Positions 39,051 to 48,590 of a stretch of DNA of 64,000 nucleotides are shown piece by piece; position 1 is the stretch's first letter; each line of letters opens with the position of its first letter. The notes below the pieces were generated by a model, which searched no databases, was not told the DNA's origin, and saw only the letters and a list, made by a program, of their open reading frames with translations. Both the position numbers and the translations under genes were made by a program. Origin of the DNA: Spirochaetia bacterium (GTDB lineage: Bacteria > Spirochaetota > Spirochaetia > CAKZLE01); contig OY782041.1 in assembly GCA_963677595.1 (NCBI GenBank), positions 3,744,001 through 3,808,000 of the forward strand, written 5' to 3'.

Positions 39051-41244
39051 GGTATCCCTGAAGCACAGGGTCATCCTCACCGTGCTGACGGTCCTCTGTG
39101 TGGCCGGGATCTCAGCGGTTGACATCCTCCTCCATAAGAGGCTGTCCGATGTCATCGACAAGACCGTGCTCGGGTACCGTGTCGGGGAGCTCGCGACCAA
39201 GGATGTCGCAGCGGATGAGACGGTCTACTACATCGACACGACCGCTACGGCGAAACTCCAGGAGGCCGCGTCACAGGCTGTCCTGCCCGTGTTCAGGATA
39301 TCGCTGACCAGGTCCCTGGATTCCCTCGATACCCTTGATCAGATACGGACGGTCATGCTGGAGGAGATTCCCACCCTCGAGAAGGTCGAACGGATCAATG
39401 AGGCCGGGCTGGATACCTATTTTACCGGTGACAGCCTCCAGGTCGTACTCTCCTATGAGGCACAGGAGCGTGCATATCTGTTCTCCTACATCGAAGAGGT
39501 GCTGATCCAGATCTATGAGAAGGGTATCTGCGCTGATGCGGAACTTGCCGCGGCAGACGACCCTGAGGTGATCTCCCTCCTCCAGGTCAGCACCAGTGTC
39601 GACGGCGGCACGATCGAGTCCGAGGTCCCATCCGGGGACCTGCTCACCCTCGATACCCTGGGAGGGTACCTCGACAGGCTGTTCCTCCAGGACCAGGCCC
39701 ACCTCGGCGAATTCAAGGATACCGCTCTCACCATGGTCACGGCCCTGGCCGAGAACAATGTCATATACGACAGCATCACGACAGAACGGCGCAGGCTCAG
39801 TGCCCTGCAGGGGATCGACCCGGTCATGAAGACCATCGAGGAGGGTGAGCTCATCCTCAAGGAGGGCTTCGTCATCACCGAGGATGACTATGAGCGCATT
39901 CGCGCCCTGGAACAGGTAGCAGTCAGCCAGAGCAGCTATGAGATCATCGGCCGGATCCTCTATTACGCGGCTTCCGTGCTGATCGCCGCGTGGCTGCTGC
40001 TGAAGAACATCCCGCATACCCACCGCAGGGTCCAGTACCTCTATATGTGCCTGACGTTCACCATCATCTACCTTGGTGTCTGCACCCTGCTCATCTTCCA
40101 GGTCTTCGCCCTCGAGATCGAGTATGTCGTCTTCTTCCTGCCGGTCATCCTCTTCTCCATGCTCCTTACGATCATCATCAACCGCAACACCTCGCTGATC
40201 GTCACCGGCCTCCTGGCCGCGCTGTCGATGGCCATACCTGATATAGCCCTGATCGAGACCCTCTACATCCTCGCGCTGGGGCTCATCGGCTCCTACATCA
40301 TCCAGAACGCGAGGAGGAGGCTCGACCTCGTGATCGGGGCCCTCATTGTCTCGGCCCTGAGCGTGCTCCTGATGTTCCTCTCCATGATCATCATGAACCT
40401 CAAGATCGAGGAGATCCTCACCTACAGCATCTTCACCTTCTCGGTGAACCTCATCGCAGGCTTGCTGGTGAGCATCTTCCTGCCGATCCTCGAGCACATC
40501 TTCAACCTCCCGACGACCTTCAGGCTGATAGAGCTGACTACGATGAACTCGAAGACACTCAAGCGCATGGCCGTCATGGCCCGCGGTACCTACAGCCATT
40601 CGGTTGCGGTAGCGGACCTGGCAGAGTCGGCCTGTGAGTCGATCGGGGCCAACCATCTGATAGCCCGTGTAGGTGCCTACTACCATGATATAGGGAAGAT
40701 CGACCAGCCCGAGTACTTCATCGAGAACCAGACCGGAGACAACAAGCATGATGAGATCAAGCCGAGTCTCTCGGTCGTCGTGATCAAGTCCCACGTGAAG
40801 CTCGGGATAGAGAAGGCGAAGGCGATCGGCCTGCCGCAGGAGATCATCGATATCGTGGCCCAGCACCACGGGAGCGATCTGATCAGCTACTTCTACCGCG
40901 AGGCGCTGATCAACTCCGACAAGGACAAGGACAAGGGCGGCCGGATCGCACCTGAGGACTTCTCGTATAACGGGACCCCTCCCATGACGAGGGAGGCTGG
41001 TGTCGTCATGCTCGCCGACAGCGTGGACGCGGCATCGAGGACCCTGAAGCAGCCGACCACCTCGAAGATCGAGAAGCTCATCTGGAAGATATTCATGGAT
41101 AAGATCGAACACCGGCAGCTCGTCCACTGTGACCTCTCCCTCCATGACCTGGAGAAGATCAAGAACAGCTTCATCATCATCCTTGCCGGCCGGTACCATA
41201 CGAGGATCGAGTATCCTGACCTGCCTGAGGAGGCGAAGAAGTGA
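39013..41244 (+). CDS. 7TM-HD membrane phosphohydrolase, PgpH-like
   Basis: N-terminal helix, periplasmic domain, about seven TM helices, then GTYSHS, YYHDIGK, QHHGS, MLADSVDAA. Exact start uncertain (39013 or 39019). Confidence 0.9.
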   Translation: MPMKKSQKNRSGRVSLKHRVILTVLTVLCVAGISAVDILLHKRLSDVIDKTVLGYRVGELATKDVAADETVYYIDTTATAKLQEAASQAVLPVFRISLTRSLDSLDTLDQIRTVMLEEIPTLEKVERINEAGLDTYFTGDSLQVVLSYEAQERAYLFSYIEEVLIQIYEKGICADAELAAADDPEVISLLQVSTSVDGGTIESEVPSGDLLTLDTLGGYLDRLFLQDQAHLGEFKDTALTMVTALAENNVIYDSITTERRRLSALQGIDPVMKTIEEGELILKEGFVITEDDYERIRALEQVAVSQSSYEIIGRILYYAASVLIAAWLLLKNIPHTHRRVQYLYMCLTFTIIYLGVCTLLIFQVFALEIEYVVFFLPVILFSMLLTIIINRNTSLIVTGLLAALSMAIPDIALIETLYILALGLIGSYIIQNARRRLDLVIGALIVSALSVLLMFLSMIIMNLKIEEILTYSIFTFSVNLIAGLLVSIFLPILEHIFNLPTTFRLIELTTMNSKTLKRMAVMARGTYSHSVAVADLAESACESIGANHLIARVGAYYHDIGKIDQPEYFIENQTGDNKHDEIKPSLSVVVIKSHVKLGIEKAKAIGLPQEIIDIVAQHHGSDLISYFYREALINSDKDKDKGGRIAPEDFSYNGTPPMTREAGVVMLADSVDAASRTLKQPTTSKIEKLIWKIFMDKIEHRQLVHCDLSLHDLEKIKNSFIIILAGRYHTRIEYPDLPEEAKK

Positions 41245-41699
41245 GTTGTACGATAGATGTGTTGAGCAGGGTCGAGGATGAGCTCATCGATGTCGGGGAG
41301 GTAGAGGCGTTCCTCGAACGGCTCTGTGCATACCTGGGACTGGACGAACAGGAGTTCTCAGTCACGTTCTGCGGGGACGAGGAGATCGCTGAGCTCAATG
41401 AAGCATACCGGGGAAAGGAGGGACCCACTGATATCCTGTCATTTCCCCAGTCAGAGAATATAGATGATGAGTTCCCGGTGGAAGAATCCTTGCTCGGTGA
41501 CATGATTATATCGGTTGATACATTGAAAAGAAATGCCAAATACTTTAATGTGAGTGAGTATGTGGAATTACACAGGCTCCTGATCCATGGGATGCTCCAT
41601 CTCTGCGGGATGGACCATGGGACGAATGATCCCGGGGAGCCGATGCTGCTCCGACAGGAACAGATCCTAGAGGAGCTTCTGGAGATACGTTTTGAGTAA
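41241..41699 (+). CDS. ybeY: rRNA maturation endoribonuclease YbeY
   Basis: LNEAYRGKEGPTDILSF; HGMLHLCGMDH. Confidence 0.96.
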   Translation: MSCTIDVLSRVEDELIDVGEVEAFLERLCAYLGLDEQEFSVTFCGDEEIAELNEAYRGKEGPTDILSFPQSENIDDEFPVEESLLGDMIISVDTLKRNAKYFNVSEYVELHRLLIHGMLHLCGMDHGTNDPGEPMLLRQEQILEELLEIRFE

Positions 41700-42462
41700 C
41701 AGGTTAGCCGATTTCTTCGGCAGATTGATCAGACCCTCTGAAGATAAGGAGACGGTCGAGGAGCGCACCGAGAAGCTGGATATGATCCAGGGGATCGAGG
41801 AGCTCTCGGAGACCACCGTCAAGGAGGTGATGGTCCCGCGGATCGATGTGGAGTTCTTCTCCACGGACATGCCGCTCGGCGACGTGATCAGGGAGATCAA
41901 CACGAAGGGCTTCTCGCGATACCCCGTGTACCGTGAGACGATCGACAACATCATCGGCATGGTCTATGCCAAGGACATGCTCCGGTATGTCGAGAGCAAG
42001 AAGCCGTTCTCGGTGGAGACCTCGATGAGGAAGACCTATTTCGTCCCTGACAGCAAACGCCTCGATGACCTCCTGAAGGAGTTCAAGCTCAGGAAGGTCC
42101 ATATCGCGGTGGCGGTCGACGAATACGGCGGGGTATCCGGCATCATCTGCCTCGAGGATATCCTCGAGCTCATCGTAGGCGACATCCAGGATGAGTTCGA
42201 CAACGAGACGGACGACATCATAAAGATCGCGAAGAACATCTATCTCTGCGAGGCGCGCACCACGATCGACGAGATCAACGAGGCGCTCGACCTCTCGCTG
42301 CCCGACGAGGACTTCGAGACGATCGGCGGCTTCGTCTTCGAGCTCTTCGGGAAGATCCCCGAGGACCTGGAATCGATTAGCTACAAAAATATCGACTTCA
42401 TCGTCCAGAGTATGTCCGGTCATAAGATAAATACCGTTAAACTGGTGATTAAGGACAGTTGA
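41692..42462 (+). CDS. corC: CBS-pair / CorC-HlyC domain protein
   Basis: VKEVMVPR, FSRYPVY, VDEYGGVSG, LEDILELIVGDIQDEFD. Confidence 0.88.
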   Translation: MSNRLADFFGRLIRPSEDKETVEERTEKLDMIQGIEELSETTVKEVMVPRIDVEFFSTDMPLGDVIREINTKGFSRYPVYRETIDNIIGMVYAKDMLRYVESKKPFSVETSMRKTYFVPDSKRLDDLLKEFKLRKVHIAVAVDEYGGVSGIICLEDILELIVGDIQDEFDNETDDIIKIAKNIYLCEARTTIDEINEALDLSLPDEDFETIGGFVFELFGKIPEDLESISYKNIDFIVQSMSGHKINTVKLVIKDS

Positions 42463-42467
42463 CTTGA

Positions 42468-42497
42468 TTGACAAGAGTGTCCGTGTTTCTATATAGT
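42468..42497 (+). promoter_or_regulatory. Putative sigma70 promoter for the gap operon
   Basis: TTGACA (42468-42473), 18 nt, TATAGT (42492-42497). Confidence 0.6.
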
Positions 42498-42537
42498 TTA
42501 GTCGGTTATATATATACTATTCGGAGGTTCATGTACT

Positions 42538-43539
42538 ATGAAAATTGCTATTAATGGGTTTGGAAGAATTGGAAGGAACGTTTTCAAGATCGCATCCGAG
42601 CGTGAGAACATCGAGATCGTGGCTCTCAATGACCTGACAAGCCCCAAGACTCTTGCACACCTGCTGAAGTATGATTCAACATACGGCGTGTATGACAAGG
42701 AAGTCTCATCTACCGATGATTCTATCATCGTAGACGGTAAGGAAATCAAGATCTTTGCAGTTCGAAATCCTGCTGAACTCCCCTGGGGAGAGCTTGGTGT
42801 CGATGTCGTCATCGAGTCAACCGGTGTATTCACCAAGGCAGAGACTGAGAGGGGCGGTTACAAGGACCACATCAAGGCTGGTGCCAAGAAGGTCATCCTC
42901 TCCGTTCCCGCTAAGGACAAGATCGACCAGACCATCGTCCTCGGTGTGAATGACTCAGAACTCGACCTGTCCAACGATGCGTTCTCGAACGCTTCCTGTA
43001 CGACCAACTGTCTCGCACCTGTTGCGAAGGCTATCAATGACGAGTTCGGTATCGTGAAGGGTCTCATGACCACAGTTCACGCCTACACCAACGACCAGGT
43101 CATCCTCGATGCACCCCACGGCGACCTGAGAAGGGCTCGATCTTCAGCTCTCTCGATCATCCCCACCACAACCGGTGCTGCAAAGGCTGTCGGTCTCGTC
43201 ATCCCCGAGCTCAACGGTAAGCTCAACGGTATGGCTATGCGAGTCCCCACCCCTACAGGATCCATCGTGGACCTCACCATGGAACTGGCTAAGGACTGTA
43301 CTGTCGAGGAACTCAACGCCGCAGTCAAGAAAGCTGCTGAAGGCCCCATGAAGGGGATCCTCCAGTACACCGAAGATCCTATCGTATCGATGGACATCAA
43401 GGGCAACAGCCACTCATCGATCTTCGACGGCCTGTGCACCATGAAGATGGGCGAAGGGTTCTTCAAGATCTGCTCCTGGTATGACAATGAGTTCGGTTAC
43501 TCAACCCGAGTCGTCGACCTTGCGGAGAAACTCGTATAA
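42538..43539 (+). CDS. gap: Glyceraldehyde-3-phosphate dehydrogenase, type I
   Basis: [29 protein letters not shown]. Confidence 0.99.
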   Translation: MKIAINGFGRIGRNVFKIASERENIEIVALNDLTSPKTLAHLLKYDSTYGVYDKEVSSTDDSIIVDGKEIKIFAVRNPAELPWGELGVDVVIESTGVFTKAETERGGYKDHIKAGAKKVILSVPAKDKIDQTIVLGVNDSELDLSNDAFSNASCTTNCLAPVAKAINDEFGIVKGLMTTVHAYTNDQVILDAPHGDLRRARSSALSIIPTTTGAAKAVGLVIPELNGKLNGMAMRVPTPTGSIVDLTMELAKDCTVEELNAAVKKAAEGPMKGILQYTEDPIVSMDIKGNSHSSIFDGLCTMKMGEGFFKICSWYDNEFGYSTRVVDLAEKLV

Positions 43540-43559
43540 TTAACTAAAGGATTTGTGAT

Positions 43560-44741
43560 ATGGACTTAAGAACCGTCAAAGATATTGATTTGACAAACAA
43601 GAGAGTCCTGATCCGAGTCGACTTTAACGTCCCCCTCAAAGAGGGGGTCGTTACTGATGCGACCAGGATCGAACGAGCTCTCCCGACAATAAAGTATATT
43701 CTCGAGCAGGAAGGTGCATCACTGGTCGTGATGACTCACCTTGGTCGCCCGAAAGGTGAGAGGAAGCCTGAGTTCAGCCTTGCTCCTGTCGCTGCCAGAT
43801 TCAGTGAACTTCTTGGGAAAGAGGTCCTCATGGCAGATGACTGCATCGGTGATGCAGTAGAGGCACAGGCAAAGGCGCTTGAGCCTGGACAGGTTCTTCT
43901 TCTGGAGAATGTACGTTACTACAAAGAAGAGACGAAGAATGACCCTGCGTTCGCTGAGAAACTCGCGAAGCTCGGTGATGTCTATGTGAATGACGCATTC
44001 GGTACCGCACACCGTGCACACGCCTCGACAGAGGGTGTCACGAAGTACCTCCCGTCAGTTGCCGGGTTCCTCATCGAGAAGGAAGTGAAGTTCTTCTCAC
44101 CGCTGCTCACAGCCCCAGAGAAGCCGTTCGTGGCAATCATCGGCGGGGCGAAGGTATCATCGAAGATCGGCGTGCTCCAGTCACTGCTCGACACCTGTGA
44201 TACCATCATCATCGCAGGCGGCATGGCCTTCACCTTCCTGAAAGTGCTTGGGAAGGAGATCGGTGCATCCCTCTTCGAGGAGGACTACATCGAAGTTGCG
44301 GCTAACCTCCTGAAGGCAGCCGACGAGAAGGGTGTGCAGATCATCCTCCCGCTCGACCATGTCTGTGCGGCGGCCTTCGCCGAGGATGCGGAAGCAGTCG
44401 CTGTCGATGACCAGAATGTGCCGGATGGCCTCCTTGGCCTCGATGTCGGTCCCAAGACGCTCGAAGCAGTGCGTACAGCACTTTCAAGCGCACGATCCAT
44501 CGTCTGGAACGGCCCCATGGGCGTGTTCGAGTTCGATACTTTCGCGAAAGGTACCACTGAGGTTGCGAAGATGGTAGCCGAGAGCAAGGGGATCACGGTT
44601 GTAGGCGGCGGAGATTCCGTTGCTGCAGTGAACAAATTCGGATATGCTGATCAAATAGACCATGTATCCACCGGCGGCGGGGCTTCCCTCGAATTCCTGG
44701 AAGGCAAGACACTTCCCGGTATCGCCGCACTGATGAACTAG
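43560..44741 (+). CDS. pgk: Phosphoglycerate kinase
   Basis: [33 protein letters not shown]. Confidence 0.99.
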   Translation: MDLRTVKDIDLTNKRVLIRVDFNVPLKEGVVTDATRIERALPTIKYILEQEGASLVVMTHLGRPKGERKPEFSLAPVAARFSELLGKEVLMADDCIGDAVEAQAKALEPGQVLLLENVRYYKEETKNDPAFAEKLAKLGDVYVNDAFGTAHRAHASTEGVTKYLPSVAGFLIEKEVKFFSPLLTAPEKPFVAIIGGAKVSSKIGVLQSLLDTCDTIIIAGGMAFTFLKVLGKEIGASLFEEDYIEVAANLLKAADEKGVQIILPLDHVCAAAFAEDAEAVAVDDQNVPDGLLGLDVGPKTLEAVRTALSSARSIVWNGPMGVFEFDTFAKGTTEVAKMVAESKGITVVGGGDSVAAVNKFGYADQIDHVSTGGGASLEFLEGKTLPGIAALMN

Positions 44742-44750
44742 GAGAGACAG

Positions 44751-45503
44751 ATGAGAAGAGCATTCATTGCTGGAAACTGGAAGATGAACAAGACGGCCAC
44801 CGAGGGCGTCGCTCTCGCTGAAGAGCTCGTAGCTGCGGTTGCAGGCTGCAATGCGAAAGTACTCGTTGCGCCGCCGTTCACCACCATCCCTGCAGTCAAG
44901 GCTGCAGTGGCAGGGTCGAACATCCTCGTCGGGGCACAGAATATGTCAGATAACGAATCAGGGGCCTTCACTGGTGAAGTGGCACCTGCTATGCTCAAGG
45001 ACCTCGGCGTGGACGCCGTCATCCTCGGGCACTCCGAGAGGAGGGCGATCTACGGTGAGAGTGACGAGTTCATCAACCGAAAGGTCAAGCTCGCGCTCTC
45101 CTACGGTTTTGAAGTCATCCTCTGCGTAGGGGAGACCCTCGAAGAGCGTGAAGCAGGACAGGCTGAGGCTGTATGCCAGACTCAGCTGCTCGGCGGGCTC
45201 AAGGATGTATCAAAAGAAGAGTTCTCGAAGGTAACGATCGCATATGAGCCAGTTTGGGCGATCGGGACCGGCAAGACAGCCACACCTGAGGATGCGGATG
45301 CGATTCATGCATATATCAGGGGGGAAGTTGAAAAACTCTTTGACAAAGACGCTGCAGATGAGGTAATAATACAGTATGGTGGTTCTGTGAAGCCTGACAA
45401 TGTGAAAGACCTCATGGCTAAAGAGAACATCGACGGTGCCCTCGTCGGCGGTGCATCGTTAAAATCTGAATTGTTTGTACCAATCGTTACATTCGATGCA
45501 TAA
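44751..45503 (+). CDS. tpiA: Triosephosphate isomerase
   Basis: AGNWKMN, GHSERR, AYEPVWAIGTG, LVGGASL. Confidence 0.99.
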   Translation: MRRAFIAGNWKMNKTATEGVALAEELVAAVAGCNAKVLVAPPFTTIPAVKAAVAGSNILVGAQNMSDNESGAFTGEVAPAMLKDLGVDAVILGHSERRAIYGESDEFINRKVKLALSYGFEVILCVGETLEEREAGQAEAVCQTQLLGGLKDVSKEEFSKVTIAYEPVWAIGTGKTATPEDADAIHAYIRGEVEKLFDKDAADEVIIQYGGSVKPDNVKDLMAKENIDGALVGGASLKSELFVPIVTFDA

Positions 45504-45518
45504 TTATTGGAGTTTTTA

Positions 45519-45842
45519 ATGGGAGTTTTTGGCGTAATCTTATTAGTGCTGTTCGTCATCGTCTGCATACTGATGATCCTTCTGGTCATCATCCAGGATG
45601 AGCACAGTGAAGGACTCGGCGGTATCTTCGGCGGAGCCAGCGATACCACCTTCGGGTCGAACTCAGGCAACATCCTGACGAAGATAACCTATATCGTCGG
45701 GGCACTGTTCCTGGTACTGGCGTTCTCTCTGGCGTTCATCAACCGGACACCGTCAAGCGACAGCCTGCTCACACAGGCACAGCAGACGAGTCAGGAGACC
45801 ACTGAATGGTGGAATGACACTCCGGCAGACCAGGCAGAGTAG
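45519..45842 (+). CDS. secG: Preprotein translocase subunit SecG
   Basis: Two TM helices flanking a Gly-rich loop (GLGGIFGG...FGS...LTKIT); follows tpiA. Confidence 0.93.
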   Translation: MGVFGVILLVLFVIVCILMILLVIIQDEHSEGLGGIFGGASDTTFGSNSGNILTKITYIVGALFLVLAFSLAFINRTPSSDSLLTQAQQTSQETTEWWNDTPADQAE

Positions 45843-45861
45843 TATAAGATTAGAATCAGAG

Positions 45862-45898
45862 GACCGCTATAACACCTGTTATAGCGGTCTATATTTTT
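45862..45898 (+). terminator. Probable terminator of gap-pgk-tpiA-secG
   Basis: Perfect 13-bp inverted repeat GACCGCTATAACA-cc-TGTTATAGCGGTC followed by TATATTTTT. Confidence 0.8.
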
Positions 45899-45908
45899 GG
45901 GGTTGTTC

Positions 45909-46325
45909 ATGAGAGTCTGTATCGTCATATGTTATCAGGGGAATGGAAGCAAGCTGCTTGAGACCGCGAAGGGCCTGTCCAAGGGGATCTTATCCCAGGG
46001 ACACCAGGTCGATATCATCGACGGGACGAAAGAGCAGGGCAAGAAGGTCTCCTTCTATGACTACATCGCGCTCGGTACGACTGCATCAACCTCGTTCGGG
46101 GGCAAGATCCCCGATTCAGTGAAGAATTTTCTCGCACAGTGCGGATCCGTCTCGGGAAAACGTTCCTTCGCCTTCATCAATGGCGGCGGTATACGGAAGA
46201 ACAAGACGCTCAAGGCCCTGATGGATACCATGGAGCACGAGGGTATGTACCTGAAGTTCTCCGAGATCCTCCAGCAGTCCCAGGATGCTGAACAGATCGG
46301 GAAGCGTCTGCACATCGGCAAATGA
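45909..46325 (+). CDS. Hypothetical protein, flavodoxin-like fold suspected
   Basis: Alternating beta/alpha pattern, YDYIALGT...FGGKIP; no clear FMN-binding loop. Confidence 0.7.
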   Translation: MRVCIVICYQGNGSKLLETAKGLSKGILSQGHQVDIIDGTKEQGKKVSFYDYIALGTTASTSFGGKIPDSVKNFLAQCGSVSGKRSFAFINGGGIRKNKTLKALMDTMEHEGMYLKFSEILQQSQDAEQIGKRLHIGK

Positions 46326-46335
46326 GGCACCATCC

Positions 46336-47394
46336 ATGAAATTAAGCAAAATCCACCTAGTACTGTTACTCATGCTCATCTTCGCAGTTCACCTGCTTCC
46401 CGCCCAGGTGGTCCTGAACCAGCCGGCGGCGGTCGTGAACCTCATCAGGTCCGAGATGATCACCGTCGATGAGCTCGAGGGGAAGCTCGAGAGCTATAAG
46501 GCTGCACGTATACAGGCTGGCAGCTCGACTGAGGGGATCACCGAGGAGTATGTCCTCGAGATCATGATCAACGACCTGCTCGTCCTCCAGGGGGCTGAGC
46601 GCGACGGCGTCACCTTGAGCGACCAGGACCTCGATACCCTGGTGAACAAACAGCGGGCTTCCGTCTCGCAGCAGCTTGGGACCAACCTCAACGATGCGCA
46701 GTTCGAGCAGGTGCTCAACTCCTATTTCGGGCTTACCCTCGCTGAGTACCGCGCCAAAATCTACGAGAACTACATCGTCGATGCCTACATCAGTCAGGCC
46801 AAGAGCGATATCCTCGATTCCGCCAAGGCACCGACGAAGCAGGAGATCGAGAGTTACTACAAGAAGAACGCGGCAAGCTTCATCAACCCGGAATACATCA
46901 AGGTCAGCCATATCTTCATCAGTAAGGCAGGAAGGACCGATGAGCAGGCAAAGGCGCTTGCCGAGAAGATCGGGAGGAACATCCTCTACGGGGTCAAGAG
47001 TTTCGATGACCAGATCATCGAGTACTCCGACGACGAGAACTCCAGGTTCATCGGCGGTACCCTCGGCTGGATCGCGATCAACGATGCCACGAAGAAGGCC
47101 ATCCTCGGTGAGCAGTTCTTCGATGTGGCATTCGCGCTGGAAGAAGGGGAGATCTCAAAGGTCGTGAAGTCGAATTCCGGCTACCATATCGTCAAGCTCA
47201 TCGAGCGGAAGTCACCGAAGATCCTGCAGCTCGGTGATACCCTGAGCCCATCGAACTCGATGACGGTGAACCAGTACATCACCCAAAAACTCTATACCGA
47301 CAACCAGGACGCTGCCTACAAGGCCGCAATATCCTCACTCGTCGCAGACCTGCGGGATGAGGCAGAGATCACCATCCTGTTGGGCCAGAACTGA
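46336..47394 (+). CDS. Exported parvulin-type peptidyl-prolyl isomerase (SurA/PrsA-like)
   Basis: Signal peptide; SHIFI, YSDD..S...GG.LGW, GEISKVVKSNSGYHIVKL. Confidence 0.9.
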   Translation: MKLSKIHLVLLLMLIFAVHLLPAQVVLNQPAAVVNLIRSEMITVDELEGKLESYKAARIQAGSSTEGITEEYVLEIMINDLLVLQGAERDGVTLSDQDLDTLVNKQRASVSQQLGTNLNDAQFEQVLNSYFGLTLAEYRAKIYENYIVDAYISQAKSDILDSAKAPTKQEIESYYKKNAASFINPEYIKVSHIFISKAGRTDEQAKALAEKIGRNILYGVKSFDDQIIEYSDDENSRFIGGTLGWIAINDATKKAILGEQFFDVAFALEEGEISKVVKSNSGYHIVKLIERKSPKILQLGDTLSPSNSMTVNQYITQKLYTDNQDAAYKAAISSLVADLRDEAEITILLGQN

Positions 47395-47822
47395 TGGGCA
47401 AGGGTAAGATACGCCATACCGCACGATCGCTCGCCCTGCAGCAGCTCTATGCCTGGGACCTGACCCGTGACATCTCCGAAGGGGACCTGGTAGCATGGGA
47501 TGCAGAAGGTGACGGGGATTCCAATGGGGATGAGACGGAGACGAACCTCTTCTCGACCTACCTTGTCCAGGGTACGAAAGAGCACCTGGAAGAGATCGAT
47601 GAGCTGATCAGAAAATACAGCAGGAACCGTTCTGTAGAAAAAATCGGGAAAATTAACAGAAATATTCTACGATTGAGCATTTTTTCATTATTTTATACAA
47701 AGGAGATACATCCGAACATCGTGATCGATGAGGCTGTGAAGCTCTCGATCGAGTTCAGTGATGATATCTCATACAGTTTTATCAACGGAGTCCTGGACGC
47801 CATAAAGAAGAACGAGTTATGA
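47394..47822 (+). CDS. nusB: Transcription antitermination factor NusB
   Basis: RHTARSLALQQLY; ILRLS; VIDEAVKL; FINGVLD. Confidence 0.95.
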   Translation: MGKGKIRHTARSLALQQLYAWDLTRDISEGDLVAWDAEGDGDSNGDETETNLFSTYLVQGTKEHLEEIDELIRKYSRNRSVEKIGKINRNILRLSIFSLFYTKEIHPNIVIDEAVKLSIEFSDDISYSFINGVLDAIKKNEL

Positions 47823-48565
47823 TCCAACTGAAGAACGAAGAGCAGATAGAGGGAATCAGGAAGTCATGCAGGCTGCTTGCCAGGCTGCACGAGGAACTGC
47901 GCGGCCATGTGGCTGCCGGTATGACGACGAAGCAGGTGGATGAGTTCTGCTATTCGTTCATCACCGACCATAAGGGTAAACCTGCCTTCCTCGGGTACAT
48001 GGGGTTCCCGGCAACGGCGTGTATCTCCGTCAATGAGGAGATCATACACGGCATTCCCGGCAAACGCGTGCTCCACTCGGGGGATCTCGTCAGTATCGAT
48101 CTCGGGATAGAACTTGACGGCTACTTCAGTGATGCTGCCCAGTCGATCATCGTCGGGGAGGGTACTGCCCAGGTAGAGAAGCTGAACCGGGTCACGAGGG
48201 AGTGCCTGGATCTGGCTGTCTCCCAGGTGAAGCCTGGGAACCGCATCAGCGATATCTCGCGGGCTGTCTACTCACATGCGATAAAATCAGGCTACGGTGT
48301 GGTGAAGGAGTACTGCGGACACGGTGTGGGGCTCTCCCAGCATGAGGAGCCGCAGATCCCGAACTACCTGAGCATCGGGCCCAACCCCCGGCTCCGTCCC
48401 GGCATGGTGCTGGCGATCGAGCCGATGATAAACATGGGCTCCAGGCATATAAAACATCTTGATGACGGATGGACGGTTGTCACCAGGGACGGCAAGCCTT
48501 CATCCCATTGGGAACATACAGTACTCGTGGTCGAAGAAGGTGTGGAAATATTGACTGCTTTGTAA
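47819..48565 (+). CDS. map: Methionine aminopeptidase, type I
   Basis: CISVNEEIIHGIP, GHGVG..HEEP, AIEPMIN, HWEHT. Confidence 0.98.
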   Translation: MIQLKNEEQIEGIRKSCRLLARLHEELRGHVAAGMTTKQVDEFCYSFITDHKGKPAFLGYMGFPATACISVNEEIIHGIPGKRVLHSGDLVSIDLGIELDGYFSDAAQSIIVGEGTAQVEKLNRVTRECLDLAVSQVKPGNRISDISRAVYSHAIKSGYGVVKEYCGHGVGLSQHEEPQIPNYLSIGPNPRLRPGMVLAIEPMINMGSRHIKHLDDGWTVVTRDGKPSSHWEHTVLVVEEGVEILTAL

Positions 48566-48590
48566 AAATATTTCACGTGAGGTGCTTATA

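Noticed and set aside
39271-41199. 642-aa antisense ORF opposite the HD hydrolase, and many other long antisense or alternative-frame ORFs (for example 158-961, 10466-11386, 21656-22426)
   Set aside because: Shadow frames: the sense codon bias (ATC, CTC, GAC, GAG) rarely produces antisense stops, and the products are L/D/V/E-rich with no motifs.
45862-45889. Perfect palindrome considered as an operator or mobile-element end
   Set aside because: Its position after secG and the following T-rich tract fit a terminator; I saw no second copy.
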